Shown: positions 1 to 8,925, numbered from the stretch's first letter. The stretch is DNA of 64,000 bases from Pseudomonadota bacterium (GCA_009926935.1 RFNZ01000002.1:89473-153472); one strand, 5' to 3'. Made by a program: numbers and translations. Notes: a model not told the origin generated them from the sequence alone.

Positions 1-349
1 TCGCATCGACCGGGCATGCTTCCTGGCACAGGCCGCAGTAAATGCACTTCGTCATATCAATATCGTAGCGCGTCGTGCGGCGCTGTCCGTCCTCGCGCGG
101 CTCGGCTTCAATGGTAATGGCCTGCGCAGGGCAAACGGCCTCGCACAGCTTGCAGGCAATGCAGCGTTCCTCGCCATTGGCGTAGCGGCGCAAAGCATGC
201 TCCCCCCTGAAGCGCGTTGAAAGCGGCGCTTTTTCAAACGGGTAGTTCAAAGTCACACGCTGCTTGAACATATACGAGAACGTCAGCGCCATCCCGCGCA
301 CGATTTCCGTCAGGAAGAATGATTTGAAGTTGTTCTGCAAAAATTTCAT
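1..349 (-). CDS. nuoI: NADH-quinone oxidoreductase subunit I, N-terminal part; the gene runs off the left edge of the window
   Basis: My own minus-strand translation from the ATG at 347-349 reads [76 protein letters not shown]...[15 protein letters not shown]. It has two 4Fe-4S ferredoxin CxxCxxCxxxCP motifs. It starts 6 nt after the nuoH stop. It is missing from the ORF track because the frame is open at the window edge. Confidence 0.9.
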   Translation of the reverse strand, partial: MKFLQNNFKSFFLTEIVRGMALTFSYMFKQRVTLNYPFEKAPLSTRFRGEHALRRYANGEERCIACKLCEAVCPAQAITIEAEPREDGQRRTTRYDIDMTKCIYCGLCQEACPVDA

Positions 350-355
350 ATCGGC

Positions 356-1378
356 CTACTGTACCACAGGCAGGGAGTTTGTCGCCATCAGTGTTCCGGC
401 CATAACCAGAACCCAGATAAGGGTGAACGGCAGAAATATCTTCCAGCCAAGGCGCATCAACTGGTCATATCGGTAACGCGGTAGCGTGGCCCTGACCCAG
501 ATATAGACAAACAAAATGAAAGAAACCTTGAGCACAAACCAGATAACACCGGGCACAAAGTCCAAAGCCTCGATGCCAAAAGGTGGTAGCCACCCACCCA
601 AAAACAGGATGGTGGCCATGGCCGACATCAAAATCATATTCGCGTATTCAGCCAAGAAGAAGAGCATGAACGCCGCCGCCGAATACTCGACCAAAAACCC
701 GCCTGAAAGCTCGGACTCGCCCTCAGGCAAGTCAAACGGTGCGCGGTTGCACTCAGCCAGAATGGAGACAACAAACACGACAAACATGGGCAAGAGCATG
801 ACCTGCACCCACCATGGGCGCGGCGCAGTCACGATTTCCGTAAGGTTAAGGGACCCAACACAAAGCAGCACGCACACAATCACAAGCCCCATCGAGACTT
901 CATACGAAACCATCTGTGCAGCCGAGCGCATCCCGCCCAAAAACGCGTATTTGGAGTTGGACGCCCAACCGGCCATCAAGACGCCGTAAACCCCCATCGA
1001 TGAAATCGCAAATAGGTACAAAATCCCGACGTTGATATCCGCAATCACCCAGCCCTCATTTACGGGGATGACCGACCACGCAATCATCGAAAGCAGCATC
1101 GTCAAAACCGGTGCCAGAATAAACACCACGCGGTGCGCGGCACTTGGTATGATGATCTCCTTCGAGAAAAGCTTGATGGCATCGGCAAATGTCTGGAGCA
1201 AGCCAAACGCGCCAACTGTCATAGGCCCTTGCCGTAGCTGCATCGCGCCCATCACTTTACGCTCGGCATACACAAGGTAGGCGACACCAATTAGCAATGG
1301 CACCACAAACGCCAGAATTTGCAGCACAATCAGCGCGCCCGGCAAACCATAATCATTGAGAAAAATCTGAAGAGTCAT
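356..1378 (-). CDS. nuoH: NADH-quinone oxidoreductase subunit H
   Basis: 340-aa polytopic membrane ORF. It carries the NuoH/ND1 signatures [16 protein letters not shown] and [18 protein letters not shown]-like ([19 protein letters not shown]). It lies directly upstream of nuoI. Confidence 0.95.
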   Translation of the reverse strand: MTLQIFLNDYGLPGALIVLQILAFVVPLLIGVAYLVYAERKVMGAMQLRQGPMTVGAFGLLQTFADAIKLFSKEIIIPSAAHRVVFILAPVLTMLLSMIAWSVIPVNEGWVIADINVGILYLFAISSMGVYGVLMAGWASNSKYAFLGGMRSAAQMVSYEVSMGLVIVCVLLCVGSLNLTEIVTAPRPWWVQVMLLPMFVVFVVSILAECNRAPFDLPEGESELSGGFLVEYSAAAFMLFFLAEYANMILMSAMATILFLGGWLPPFGIEALDFVPGVIWFVLKVSFILFVYIWVRATLPRYRYDQLMRLGWKIFLPFTLIWVLVMAGTLMATNSLPVVQ

Positions 1379-1399
1379 GACAGTAGAGCGTTTTACACG

Positions 1400-2641
1400 T
1401 TATTTTTTGGCTTGAACAGCCTCCAAAAACTGGCGCGCAAGCACGGGGTACGCGTGGTTGATAAGCACATGGGCCTTGGCCCCGGCCCCCGCGGCATCAC
1501 GCTCGGCCGCGCTCATGGCCAATAGTTTTTCAATTGCCGCCGCCACATCCTTAGGGTTGCCGGTGGGTACGGATATGCCGCCCTCCGCTTCTTCCACCAT
1601 GTCGTTACCGGCACCGACAGCCATAATGATAGGCCGCGCGGCCATCATGTAATCGTAAATTTTGTTAAACGATACGCCGTGCTTATACACATCGTAGTGC
1701 TTGGCGCCCATATACAGCACATCCATCTGTTTTAAAAACCGCGGTACATGGCGCTTGGGTACGGGCCCGCACAACACAAAGGTGTCAGCGACACCAATCT
1801 CCTCGGCAAAGTCGGCCAAAGGCGCACGGTATGGCCCGTCACCAATCGTCATAAAGGCCACGGGCAAATCGCGCACATAACCGGCCGCTTCCACCATCAC
1901 TTCAAGCGCATTGGTATCGCCATGCGTACCGGCATAGCCCACAATCATGCGGCCCTGCGCTTTAAAGCGGTCAATCACGGCTTGCACAAGCGTATCAACA
2001 TGCCCCTCGCCCTCATCCGCCCACTCATCAGGGTCTATGCCGTTCGGCACGTGATGAAATTTGCCGGCCTGAAGCCCATAACCCTGCAAAAAACTCTCGG
2101 CCTTCGGCAAAACCGAAACCACAACATCGGCCACTTTACAAGCCTGCCGCTGCCCCCAACGCACAAGATGCATAAAGGGGTGTTCGGCACTCATGCCCCA
2201 AATCTGTACTGGGCTATCGGGCCAAAGCTCTGTCACTTCATATACAAGCTTCGCCTTATGATACCCCGCAATCATCTGCGCCGGCCCCATATCAAAAGGG
2301 TAACCTGACGACGCAATAACAATATCCGGTTTAAAACCGGCGCATACATGGCGCACACGCACATAAAGCTGCGCCACAAAGGCAAGGATATTCAAAATAC
2401 GGCCCCAGCCATTGCCTTTGAAAGCTGGCGTTTTAAAAAAGATGTATTCGATACCGTCAAACCCTTGGCGGTCGATAATCCCCCGCATGCGCGGCTGGCG
2501 TATGCGCGTATGGGCGTGAGATGCCGATATAATCCGCACACGGTGCCCCGCCCGCACCCACTGCCGTGCCAGGTAATACGGGCGGTACTCCATCCCCAGC
2601 ACGGGTGATCCTGCATTGTGGTCGATGTAAAGGATATTCAT
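1400..2641 (-). CDS. GT-B fold glycosyltransferase, family 4-like (WcaI/WbuB-like)
   Basis: ORF 1400-2656; the likely start is MNILYIDH at 2641. It has the N-terminal GT4 pattern ILYIDHNAGSP..YRPYYLARQW and a C-terminal EX7E-like MVEEAEGGISVP. Its stop is 21 nt before the nuoH ATG on the same strand. Confidence 0.7.
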   Translation of the reverse strand: MNILYIDHNAGSPVLGMEYRPYYLARQWVRAGHRVRIISASHAHTRIRQPRMRGIIDRQGFDGIEYIFFKTPAFKGNGWGRILNILAFVAQLYVRVRHVCAGFKPDIVIASSGYPFDMGPAQMIAGYHKAKLVYEVTELWPDSPVQIWGMSAEHPFMHLVRWGQRQACKVADVVVSVLPKAESFLQGYGLQAGKFHHVPNGIDPDEWADEGEGHVDTLVQAVIDRFKAQGRMIVGYAGTHGDTNALEVMVEAAGYVRDLPVAFMTIGDGPYRAPLADFAEEIGVADTFVLCGPVPKRHVPRFLKQMDVLYMGAKHYDVYKHGVSFNKIYDYMMAARPIIMAVGAGNDMVEEAEGGISVPTGNPKDVAAAIEKLLAMSAAERDAAGAGAKAHVLINHAYPVLARQFLEAVQAKK

Positions 2642-2757
2642 ACCCAAATCATACACGGATAGCCTTCAAGGCAAAATAGATACAAAAGCGCCCCTTGATT
2701 TCCTCTTGCAGGCAATACAACTCTCTCCCATCAACAATCTTTTAAAAAGGACATTCC

Positions 2758-3498
2758 ATGAAATCCCTCCAAGGTAAAACAGCCATCGTAACCGGCGGCA
2801 GCCGCGGTATTGGCGCTTCCATCGCCCAAAAACTCGCAGCCGATGGCGCAAACATCGCCCTCACCTACGGTAAATCCGGGGCCGAGGCCGATAAACTCGT
2901 AGCCAGCCTGACCGCTCTCGGCATCAAGGCGAAGGCCTATCAGGTAAACGCAGCCGACAAAGCGGCTATGGCAGCCCTGCCCGCGACCGTCCTCAAGGAT
3001 TTCGGCGGCATCGATATCATCGTCAACAACGCGGGCGTTTTCAGCATGGGCGCAATTGGCGACGTCAACGCCGATGAATATACAAGGGTCATGGGCACGA
3101 ATGTGGATGGCCCCTTTGCCCTCATCAACGCCGCAACCCCGCACCTTAAATCCGGCGCGCGCATCATCAACATTTCAAGCGGGCTAGGTGAACGTGCGGG
3201 CATGCCCGGTGTCAGCCTTTATACGGCATCAAAATTTGCGGTAACGGGTTTAACCAGAGCTTGGGCCAAGGATTTTGGTCCAAAAGGCATCTTGGTCAAC
3301 GCCATCTTGCCCGGCCCCATCGATACCGACATGAACCCAGAAACAAGCACTTTTGCCGATTTCCAACGCTCGCTCACGGCCCTCGGCCGCTACGGAAAGC
3401 CCGATGAAATTGGCAACGTCGCAGCCTTCTTGGCAGGCCCAGGCGCCAGCTACGTCACAGGCGCTCTCATCGCTGTTGACGGCGGCTGGAACGCTTAA
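2758..3498 (+). CDS. Short-chain dehydrogenase/reductase (FabG-like SDR)
   Basis: TGGSRGIG cofactor motif, NNAG motif and catalytic YTASK (YxxxK); 246 aa. It is divergent from the GT4 gene and convergent with nuoG, with 9 nt between the two stops. Confidence 0.85.
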   Translation: MKSLQGKTAIVTGGSRGIGASIAQKLAADGANIALTYGKSGAEADKLVASLTALGIKAKAYQVNAADKAAMAALPATVLKDFGGIDIIVNNAGVFSMGAIGDVNADEYTRVMGTNVDGPFALINAATPHLKSGARIINISSGLGERAGMPGVSLYTASKFAVTGLTRAWAKDFGPKGILVNAILPGPIDTDMNPETSTFADFQRSLTALGRYGKPDEIGNVAAFLAGPGASYVTGALIAVDGGWNA

Positions 3499-3507
3499 GC
3501 GGTTTTA

Positions 3508-5499
3508 TTACTCAGCCGCCATTGCCAGAGGCTTCACAAAAGCCTCTGTGCACTGCGCCATCGTGACAGATGCGCGGGAAATCACGCAAGTTTGGTAGTA
3601 ATTGGCAACGGCCGTACCAAACGGCTTGGCGTCCAGCGTGCCCGCCTTACCAAAATCGCTCCAGGCAACAGGCGTAATGGCGTCAACAGCACCAAAGGCC
3701 GGTACGTCTTTTGCCATCGCGGCGCGTAAATCAGCAAGGGTATTGAAGCTCAAAGGCTTGCCAATCACTTCCGAGAAAGCACGGATGATTTTCCAGTCTT
3801 CCTTAGCTTGCCCAACAGGGCTTGTTGCTTGGCGTGTTTGCTGTACGCGGCCTTCGGTGTTTACATACGTCGCGTTCTTTTCGGTGTAGGTCGCGGCAGG
3901 GAATATCACATCCGCGCGTGCAGCACCTGCATCCCCGTGGTGCCCTTGGTAAATCACAAATGCATCAGCGGGGATGGATTTCACAACATCCGTATCCACA
4001 TTGTTGAGCCACACGGCCTTAATGCCTTGCCACGAAAACTGGCCTTGCGGCGGTGTAAAACCAAGCATCAAAGCGCCCATGCGCCCTGCTGCGGTGTGAA
4101 GGTAGTTGAAACCATTCCACCCCTCGTTCACAACGGCCTTCGCGCGCACAGCCGCCAAAACGGCAGAGGCATCGGCCCGCTGCAACGCAGCCGTACCCAA
4201 AATCATCGCAGGGCGCTCGGCCTTGATGCTCAATTTCTCAAGCGCATCCACCCCCGCACCCAAATACGTATACGGATAGTTCAAATCAATTTTCTGGCCA
4301 ATCACGTAAACCGGCACGCGCTTGTTGTACCAAACCTTACGGATACGCGCATTGATCAGCGGCGCTTCCGTACGTGGGTTACAACCAACCAATACAACCG
4401 CATCCGCCTGTTCAAGCCCTGCAATCGTCGTGTTAAACCGCCATGATGCAGGCGCGGATACATCTATCGCAGCCCCGTCCACACGGCATTCCAGCATATT
4501 GCTGCCAAGCCCGTTCATGAATTTTTTAAGGGCGTAAACGCTTTCAGCGCAGGCAAGGTCACCTGCAAGCGCCGCCATTTGCGCACCCTGTAGGCCCTTT
4601 AGTTTATCGGCAGCAAAGGCAAACGCATCTTCCCAGCTGGCTTCAACCAGCTTGCCGTCGCGGCGCACATAAGGGCGATCAAGGCGCTGCCGCTTGAGGC
4701 CATCCATCGCAAGGCGCGATTTATCGGCAAGCCATGTCTCGTTAATCGCCTCGTTAAGCCGCGGCAAAATCCGCATCACCTCGTTGCCGCGCACATCAAC
4801 CCTGATGTTGCAGCCAACGGCGTCCATCACATCGACGCTTTCAACCTTGCGCAACTCCCATGGCCGCGCCGTAAATTCATAAGGCGCACTCGTGAGAGCC
4901 CCCACAGGGCATACATCAACAAGATTGCCCGACATCTCGGACGCCATCGTTTTTTCGATATACGTGCCAATCTCGACATCCTCGCCACGGTTGAGCAACC
5001 CAAGGTCATCAACCCCCGCAATTTCGGATGCAAAACGCACACAGCGCGTGCACTGGATGCACCGTGTCATGACCGTTTTAACAACGGGGCCGAGTTCTTT
5101 GTCTTTAACCGCGCGCTTGGCTTCAAAATAACGCGACCGGTCATAGCCGTACGCAACCGCTTGGTCCTGCAAATCGCACTCGCCGCCCTGGTCACAAATG
5201 GGGCAATCCAGCGGGTGGTTGATCAGCAAAAATTCCATGACGCCTTTACGGGCCTTATGCACAAGCTCGGAATCCGTCAAGACTTCCATGCCGTCAGCGG
5301 CCGCAAGGCAGCACGATGCTTGCGGCTTTGGCGGCCCAGGCTTTACCTCAACCAAGCACATGCGGCAGTTGCCAGGTACCGATAATTTATCGTGATAGCA
5401 AAAGCGGGGGATTTCGATCCCCATTTGCTCAGCCGCCTGCAACAGGTTGGTGCCCGGGGCGACTTCAATTTCGACATTATTGATTTTCAATTTTGGCAT
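3508..5499 (-). CDS. nuoG: NADH-quinone oxidoreductase subunit G (75 kDa Fe-S subunit)
   Basis: N-terminal 2Fe-2S/4Fe-4S cysteine clusters (CYHDKLSVPGNCRMCLVEV, HPLDCPICDQGGECDLQD, CIQCTRCVRF) followed by a molybdopterin-like domain. The ORF track starts at a GTG at 5511. I prefer the ATG at 5497-5499 (MPKLKINN) because the same GGTGAAAACA(A)TG junction precedes nuoD. Confidence 0.93.
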   Translation of the reverse strand: MPKLKINNVEIEVAPGTNLLQAAEQMGIEIPRFCYHDKLSVPGNCRMCLVEVKPGPPKPQASCCLAAADGMEVLTDSELVHKARKGVMEFLLINHPLDCPICDQGGECDLQDQAVAYGYDRSRYFEAKRAVKDKELGPVVKTVMTRCIQCTRCVRFASEIAGVDDLGLLNRGEDVEIGTYIEKTMASEMSGNLVDVCPVGALTSAPYEFTARPWELRKVESVDVMDAVGCNIRVDVRGNEVMRILPRLNEAINETWLADKSRLAMDGLKRQRLDRPYVRRDGKLVEASWEDAFAFAADKLKGLQGAQMAALAGDLACAESVYALKKFMNGLGSNMLECRVDGAAIDVSAPASWRFNTTIAGLEQADAVVLVGCNPRTEAPLINARIRKVWYNKRVPVYVIGQKIDLNYPYTYLGAGVDALEKLSIKAERPAMILGTAALQRADASAVLAAVRAKAVVNEGWNGFNYLHTAAGRMGALMLGFTPPQGQFSWQGIKAVWLNNVDTDVVKSIPADAFVIYQGHHGDAGAARADVIFPAATYTEKNATYVNTEGRVQQTRQATSPVGQAKEDWKIIRAFSEVIGKPLSFNTLADLRAAMAKDVPAFGAVDAITPVAWSDFGKAGTLDAKPFGTAVANYYQTCVISRASVTMAQCTEAFVKPLAMAAE

Positions 5500-5505
5500 T
5501 GTTTT

Positions 5506-5774
5506 CACCACTAAGACGCTAAGAGCGCTAAGAATTTATTTCAGTTTCTCTTCTTTCAAAATCTCATCAAGCAATTTTCCGCCCCTAGCAAAATTAAATT
5601 ATGGTCAGGAATATCATGAAAAAATATTTCAACTTGCTCTGGCTTGCGCCCAACCTCTTCTACAAAAACATCTGTAATTCTTTTCACAAGGCGGCGCTTA
5701 TCATCAATCGTCAAATCATCGCGGTGATTGATATGTATGACTGGCATTCTTAGCGTCCTTAGCGTCTTAGCGGT
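5506..5774. repeat. Palindromic CTAAG-repeat element, copy 1 (about 269 bp), in the nuoF-nuoG spacer; carries a small ORF
   Basis: The left arm caccactaagacgctaagagcgctaagaa (5506-5534) and the right arm ttcttagcgtccttagcgtcttagcggt (5747-5774) are inverted copies with 2-3 mismatches. The arms are the same as in the 10806-10920 element. Confidence 0.85.
5556..5747 (-). CDS. 4-oxalocrotonate tautomerase-like small protein (63 aa)
   Basis: This is the C-terminal part of track ORF 5556-6149, starting at the ATG at 5745-5747: MPVIHINHRDDLTIDDKRRLVKRITDVFVEEVGRKPEQVEIFFHDIPDHN.... It has an N-terminal Met-Pro and a beta-alpha-beta pattern typical of the tautomerase superfamily. It lies entirely between the element arms. 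No obvious SD is present. Confidence 0.5.
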   Translation of the reverse strand: MPVIHINHRDDLTIDDKRRLVKRITDVFVEEVGRKPEQVEIFFHDIPDHNLILLGAENCLMRF

Positions 5775-5781
5775 TAAAAAA

Positions 5782-7065
5782 TCAAGCCGCCTTGGCTTGC
5801 TTGCGGTAGTCCATGATGCGCTGCTCGACAACGGGGCGGAAGTGCCTGAAGAGCCCCTGTATCGGCCACGCCGAGGCATCGCCATGCGCGCAGATCGTCT
5901 GCCCCTCAATCTGCTTCGAGATATCAAGCAGCATATCGATTTCTTCAATCGTGGCATTGCCCGTGACCATACGCTGCATGATCTTGTACATCCACGCGGT
6001 ACCCTCGCGGCACGGCGTGCACTGCCCGCAGCTTTCATGCATGTAAAAATAGGATAGCCGCGCAATCGCGTACACGACATCCGTCGATTTATCCATGACA
6101 ATAAGCCCAGCCGTCCCAAGGCCCGATTGCACGGCGCGCAGGCTATCAAAATCCATCACAACCGTATCGCAAATCTCGCGTGGTAACAGCGGTGTCGATG
6201 ACCCACCAGGGATCACGCATAAAAGGTTATCCCACCCGCCGCGCACACCGCCCGCATGCTTCTCGATAAGTTCCCGCATGGGGATGCCCATCGCCTCTTC
6301 CACATTGCACGGCGCATTCACATGGCCGGAGATGCAGTAAAGTTTGGTACCCGTATTCTTGGCATCACGCCCAATACCCGCAAACCACTCCCCACCACGG
6401 CGCAGAATGGTTGGCACTGTCGCAATCGTCTCAACGTTGTTCACGGTCGTAGGGCAGCTATAAAGCCCCGCCATGGCCGGAAACGGCGGCTTGTTACGCG
6501 GCTGGCCTTTTTTACCTTCTAGCGATTCCAGTAACGCCGATTCCTCGCCGCAAATATACGCGCCGCCACCGCGGTGCAACTCCACATCAAAATCCCAACC
6601 GGACCCCGCCGCATTTTTACCAAGCAAACCCGCCGCCCGCGCTTCATGAATGGCTTTCCAGACATTCGAGCTTTCGTCAAAAAACTCGCCGCGAATGTAA
6701 ATATAAGCCTTATGCGCGCCAATCGCATGCGCCGCAATCAAAGCGCCTTCAAGCAACTTGTGCGGCTCATGGCGTAAAATCTCGCGGTCTTTGCAGGTGC
6801 CAGGCTCGCTTTCATCGGCATTGATAACCAGATAATGCGGCTTGTCTGATGGCTTCGGCATGAACGACCATTTCATACCGGTCGGGAACCCCGCGCCCCC
6901 GCGCCCACGCAGGCCTGATTTTTTCATCTCCTCGATAATCCAATCACGGCCCTTGGCAATGATGGCGGCTGTGTTATCCCAATCCCCGCGCTTTTTAGCA
7001 TCGGCAAGTGTGAACGAATTCCAGCCATAGAGGTTTGTAAATATGCGATCCTTGTCAGCGAGCAT
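5782..7065 (-). CDS. nuoF: NADH-quinone oxidoreductase subunit F (51 kDa, FMN/NADH-binding)
   Basis: [13 protein letters not shown] (FMN/NADH site), [12 protein letters not shown] 4Fe-4S motif, 427 aa. Confidence 0.96.
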   Translation of the reverse strand: MLADKDRIFTNLYGWNSFTLADAKKRGDWDNTAAIIAKGRDWIIEEMKKSGLRGRGGAGFPTGMKWSFMPKPSDKPHYLVINADESEPGTCKDREILRHEPHKLLEGALIAAHAIGAHKAYIYIRGEFFDESSNVWKAIHEARAAGLLGKNAAGSGWDFDVELHRGGGAYICGEESALLESLEGKKGQPRNKPPFPAMAGLYSCPTTVNNVETIATVPTILRRGGEWFAGIGRDAKNTGTKLYCISGHVNAPCNVEEAMGIPMRELIEKHAGGVRGGWDNLLCVIPGGSSTPLLPREICDTVVMDFDSLRAVQSGLGTAGLIVMDKSTDVVYAIARLSYFYMHESCGQCTPCREGTAWMYKIMQRMVTGNATIEEIDMLLDISKQIEGQTICAHGDASAWPIQGLFRHFRPVVEQRIMDYRKQAKAA

Positions 7066-7157
7066 AAGGGGTACCGGAAGATTGTTTTTTCACGACAATG
7101 TTATATAGGGCTTCGCGCAGGCTGTCGAGGCGGTTTCAGGGCTTTTCCAGCCGCTCT

Positions 7158-7559
7158 TTAGTCCAAAAACCTGTCTTTAAGGCTTGGTTCAGGCAGGGGG
7201 CACTGGTCCAGTTTTCCAAACCATGCATACCGCCGCTTGCCTATGAAATCATACGCGCAATCCCTAAGCGCCCTTGGAAGCATCCTCAAACCGTAAAAGA
7301 GTGCCCAGGGTAACCCTAAAAACCGCAGCGTTATTAGCACGGCATCGCTCTTGGCGTACACGCGCCCGCCGTGAATAAGGTAAACGGAATCACCTGCCTT
7401 GCCGCCGTACTCCTCAAGCAGGGCAACCCCTTTCGCTGACTGCTGTGAAACAAATTTAAACTTGGCCAGTTTGTCACGCCTCAGCACAAACCGTACGGAC
7501 GCATGACAAAGGTTACACACCCCGTCAAACAGCAAAATGGGCCCATTTTTGCTCACCAT
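7158..7559 (-). CDS. DCC-family (DUF393) thiol-disulfide oxidoreductase
   Basis: Likely start MVSKNGPILLFDGVCNLCHASVRFVLRRD at 7559. The FDGxCxLC redox motif is present. Its ATG is 1 nt after the HTTM stop (7553-7555). Confidence 0.75.
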   Translation of the reverse strand: MVSKNGPILLFDGVCNLCHASVRFVLRRDKLAKFKFVSQQSAKGVALLEEYGGKAGDSVYLIHGGRVYAKSDAVLITLRFLGLPWALFYGLRMLPRALRDCAYDFIGKRRYAWFGKLDQCPLPEPSLKDRFLD

Positions 7560-8908
7560 GTGCGGGCCTTCCAGTGCACAAAAGGTTCCTTGAGCGGTAA
7601 TAACCAAGTCTCAGGGGCAATCCCCCATGTTTCTTTTGTAAGGTCGGTGTCTGGGTCAACCAACAAGGCAGGCTTCCGTCCATTAAGGCTTACATGCACC
7701 TCACACTTGACCTCGGCATCCCGAACGCCCTTTTCGCGGCGCCATTTGTCATCGATATAATACGCAAACTGTAAAAGCGACTTCGCCTCAAGCGATACGG
7801 CCGCATACTGCCGCTGCGTCAGAAAGTCTTTAGGGTCAATCACCCACTCCTGTTTTGTATCGGGGTCGCGCACAAGGCAGCGTGAGCCATAAAATCTATG
7901 GTTATCCAACATCATGCGCCATGCAAAACCTTGGCCCTCGCCCGTCCAGCTTGTGTCTCCGGGGTAATAAAAGCCGCGCAGCGGCACTAGCGCTTGCACG
8001 GCAAGCCACACAGTCATCATGAGGATCACGAGTGTGCCCGGCACCTCCTGCTCGGCAACAGGCACCGGCGATACAGGCTTAAACCGCCCTAAAACCTTGA
8101 GCGGCCAGTCAGGGTCAAAAAACAGTGTCGTTGCCAAAATCGTAAGATACGGGAAGAAGTCGATGTAAAACGTATACGAGTTCAAAAGATGAAAGAGGCA
8201 GTAAACGCAAAACACCCAAACCCGCGTCCGTTTGAAAAACAGAAGCGGCGCACCAACCAGATGGAGGGCAATCGTGCCATAAGCACCAAGCGCCACAAAC
8301 CAGTCCTCAAAAACAAGGCGCCCAAAGATATGGTCGGGCAGCGATCTCAACATGCTGCCCAAAGGCTCGAGCATCAGCCAATCCGGCTTCAGCTTCATCA
8401 ACCCGGCATACAGCAGAACAATTTCTATCTGCATCCGGAAGGTCCAAAGACTCCACCCCGGCACGAGCGGCGTCCAGTTTTTCCGCCGCGCATCAAGCGA
8501 CCACGCGCGATGCATCGGCAAAAAAATCATCAAAATGGCAAAGAGAATAATCAGGTAATAGTGGTTGAGGTAAAACGCAGCTTCCGCCAGAAACGAATAC
8601 GCAAACAAAATAGTGAACACCGTAATCGCCACGCGGTAATAAAGCCCGAGCGCGATAAAAATTCCTGAAATTCCGGCAATCACAATGTGGGCCTTGAGCA
8701 TCCAAAGCGCGGGCCACGTCGGCACCCATTCAAAGTACGTGTACTTCAGATGAAATTCAGGCGTGATGAAATTTTCCAATTGAAACTGGTCATCGATCGA
8801 AAAATCGAGGATGCCGCCGATAACCACCATCACGCCAAAGACGATCCGGAAAAACGCCAGCGAGTAGCCACTGACAGGGGTTGCGAGTACTTCCTTAAGG
8901 GAACGCAA
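7553..8908 (-). CDS. HTTM-domain membrane protein (vitamin K-dependent gamma-carboxylase-like)
   Basis: 451 aa. The N-terminus reads SLAFFRIVFGVMVV, followed by multiple TM helices. The C-terminal soluble part reads WTGEGQGFAWRMMLDNH, as in HTTM/VKGC homologs. It starts 17 nt after the nuoE stop on the same strand. Confidence 0.75.
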   Translation of the reverse strand: MRSLKEVLATPVSGYSLAFFRIVFGVMVVIGGILDFSIDDQFQLENFITPEFHLKYTYFEWVPTWPALWMLKAHIVIAGISGIFIALGLYYRVAITVFTILFAYSFLAEAAFYLNHYYLIILFAILMIFLPMHRAWSLDARRKNWTPLVPGWSLWTFRMQIEIVLLYAGLMKLKPDWLMLEPLGSMLRSLPDHIFGRLVFEDWFVALGAYGTIALHLVGAPLLFFKRTRVWVFCVYCLFHLLNSYTFYIDFFPYLTILATTLFFDPDWPLKVLGRFKPVSPVPVAEQEVPGTLVILMMTVWLAVQALVPLRGFYYPGDTSWTGEGQGFAWRMMLDNHRFYGSRCLVRDPDTKQEWVIDPKDFLTQRQYAAVSLEAKSLLQFAYYIDDKWRREKGVRDAEVKCEVHVSLNGRKPALLVDPDTDLTKETWGIAPETWLLPLKEPFVHWKARTW

Positions 8909-8925
8909 AAAGCCTCCTGCGAAAG

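Noticed and set aside
3495-3512. The 10-nt perfect palindrome cgcttaagcg between the convergent SDR and nuoG stops, considered as a possible bidirectional terminator.
   Set aside because: The stem would have no loop, and the flanking T-runs are weak. This is insufficient evidence.
5556-6149. The 197-aa track ORF on the minus strand, spanning the nuoF-nuoG spacer and the 3' end of nuoF.
   Set aside because: The N-terminal roughly 134 aa is Arg/Cys/Ser-rich out-of-frame overlap with nuoF. Only the last 63 codons, from the ATG at 5747, are intergenic and look like a real tautomerase-like protein.
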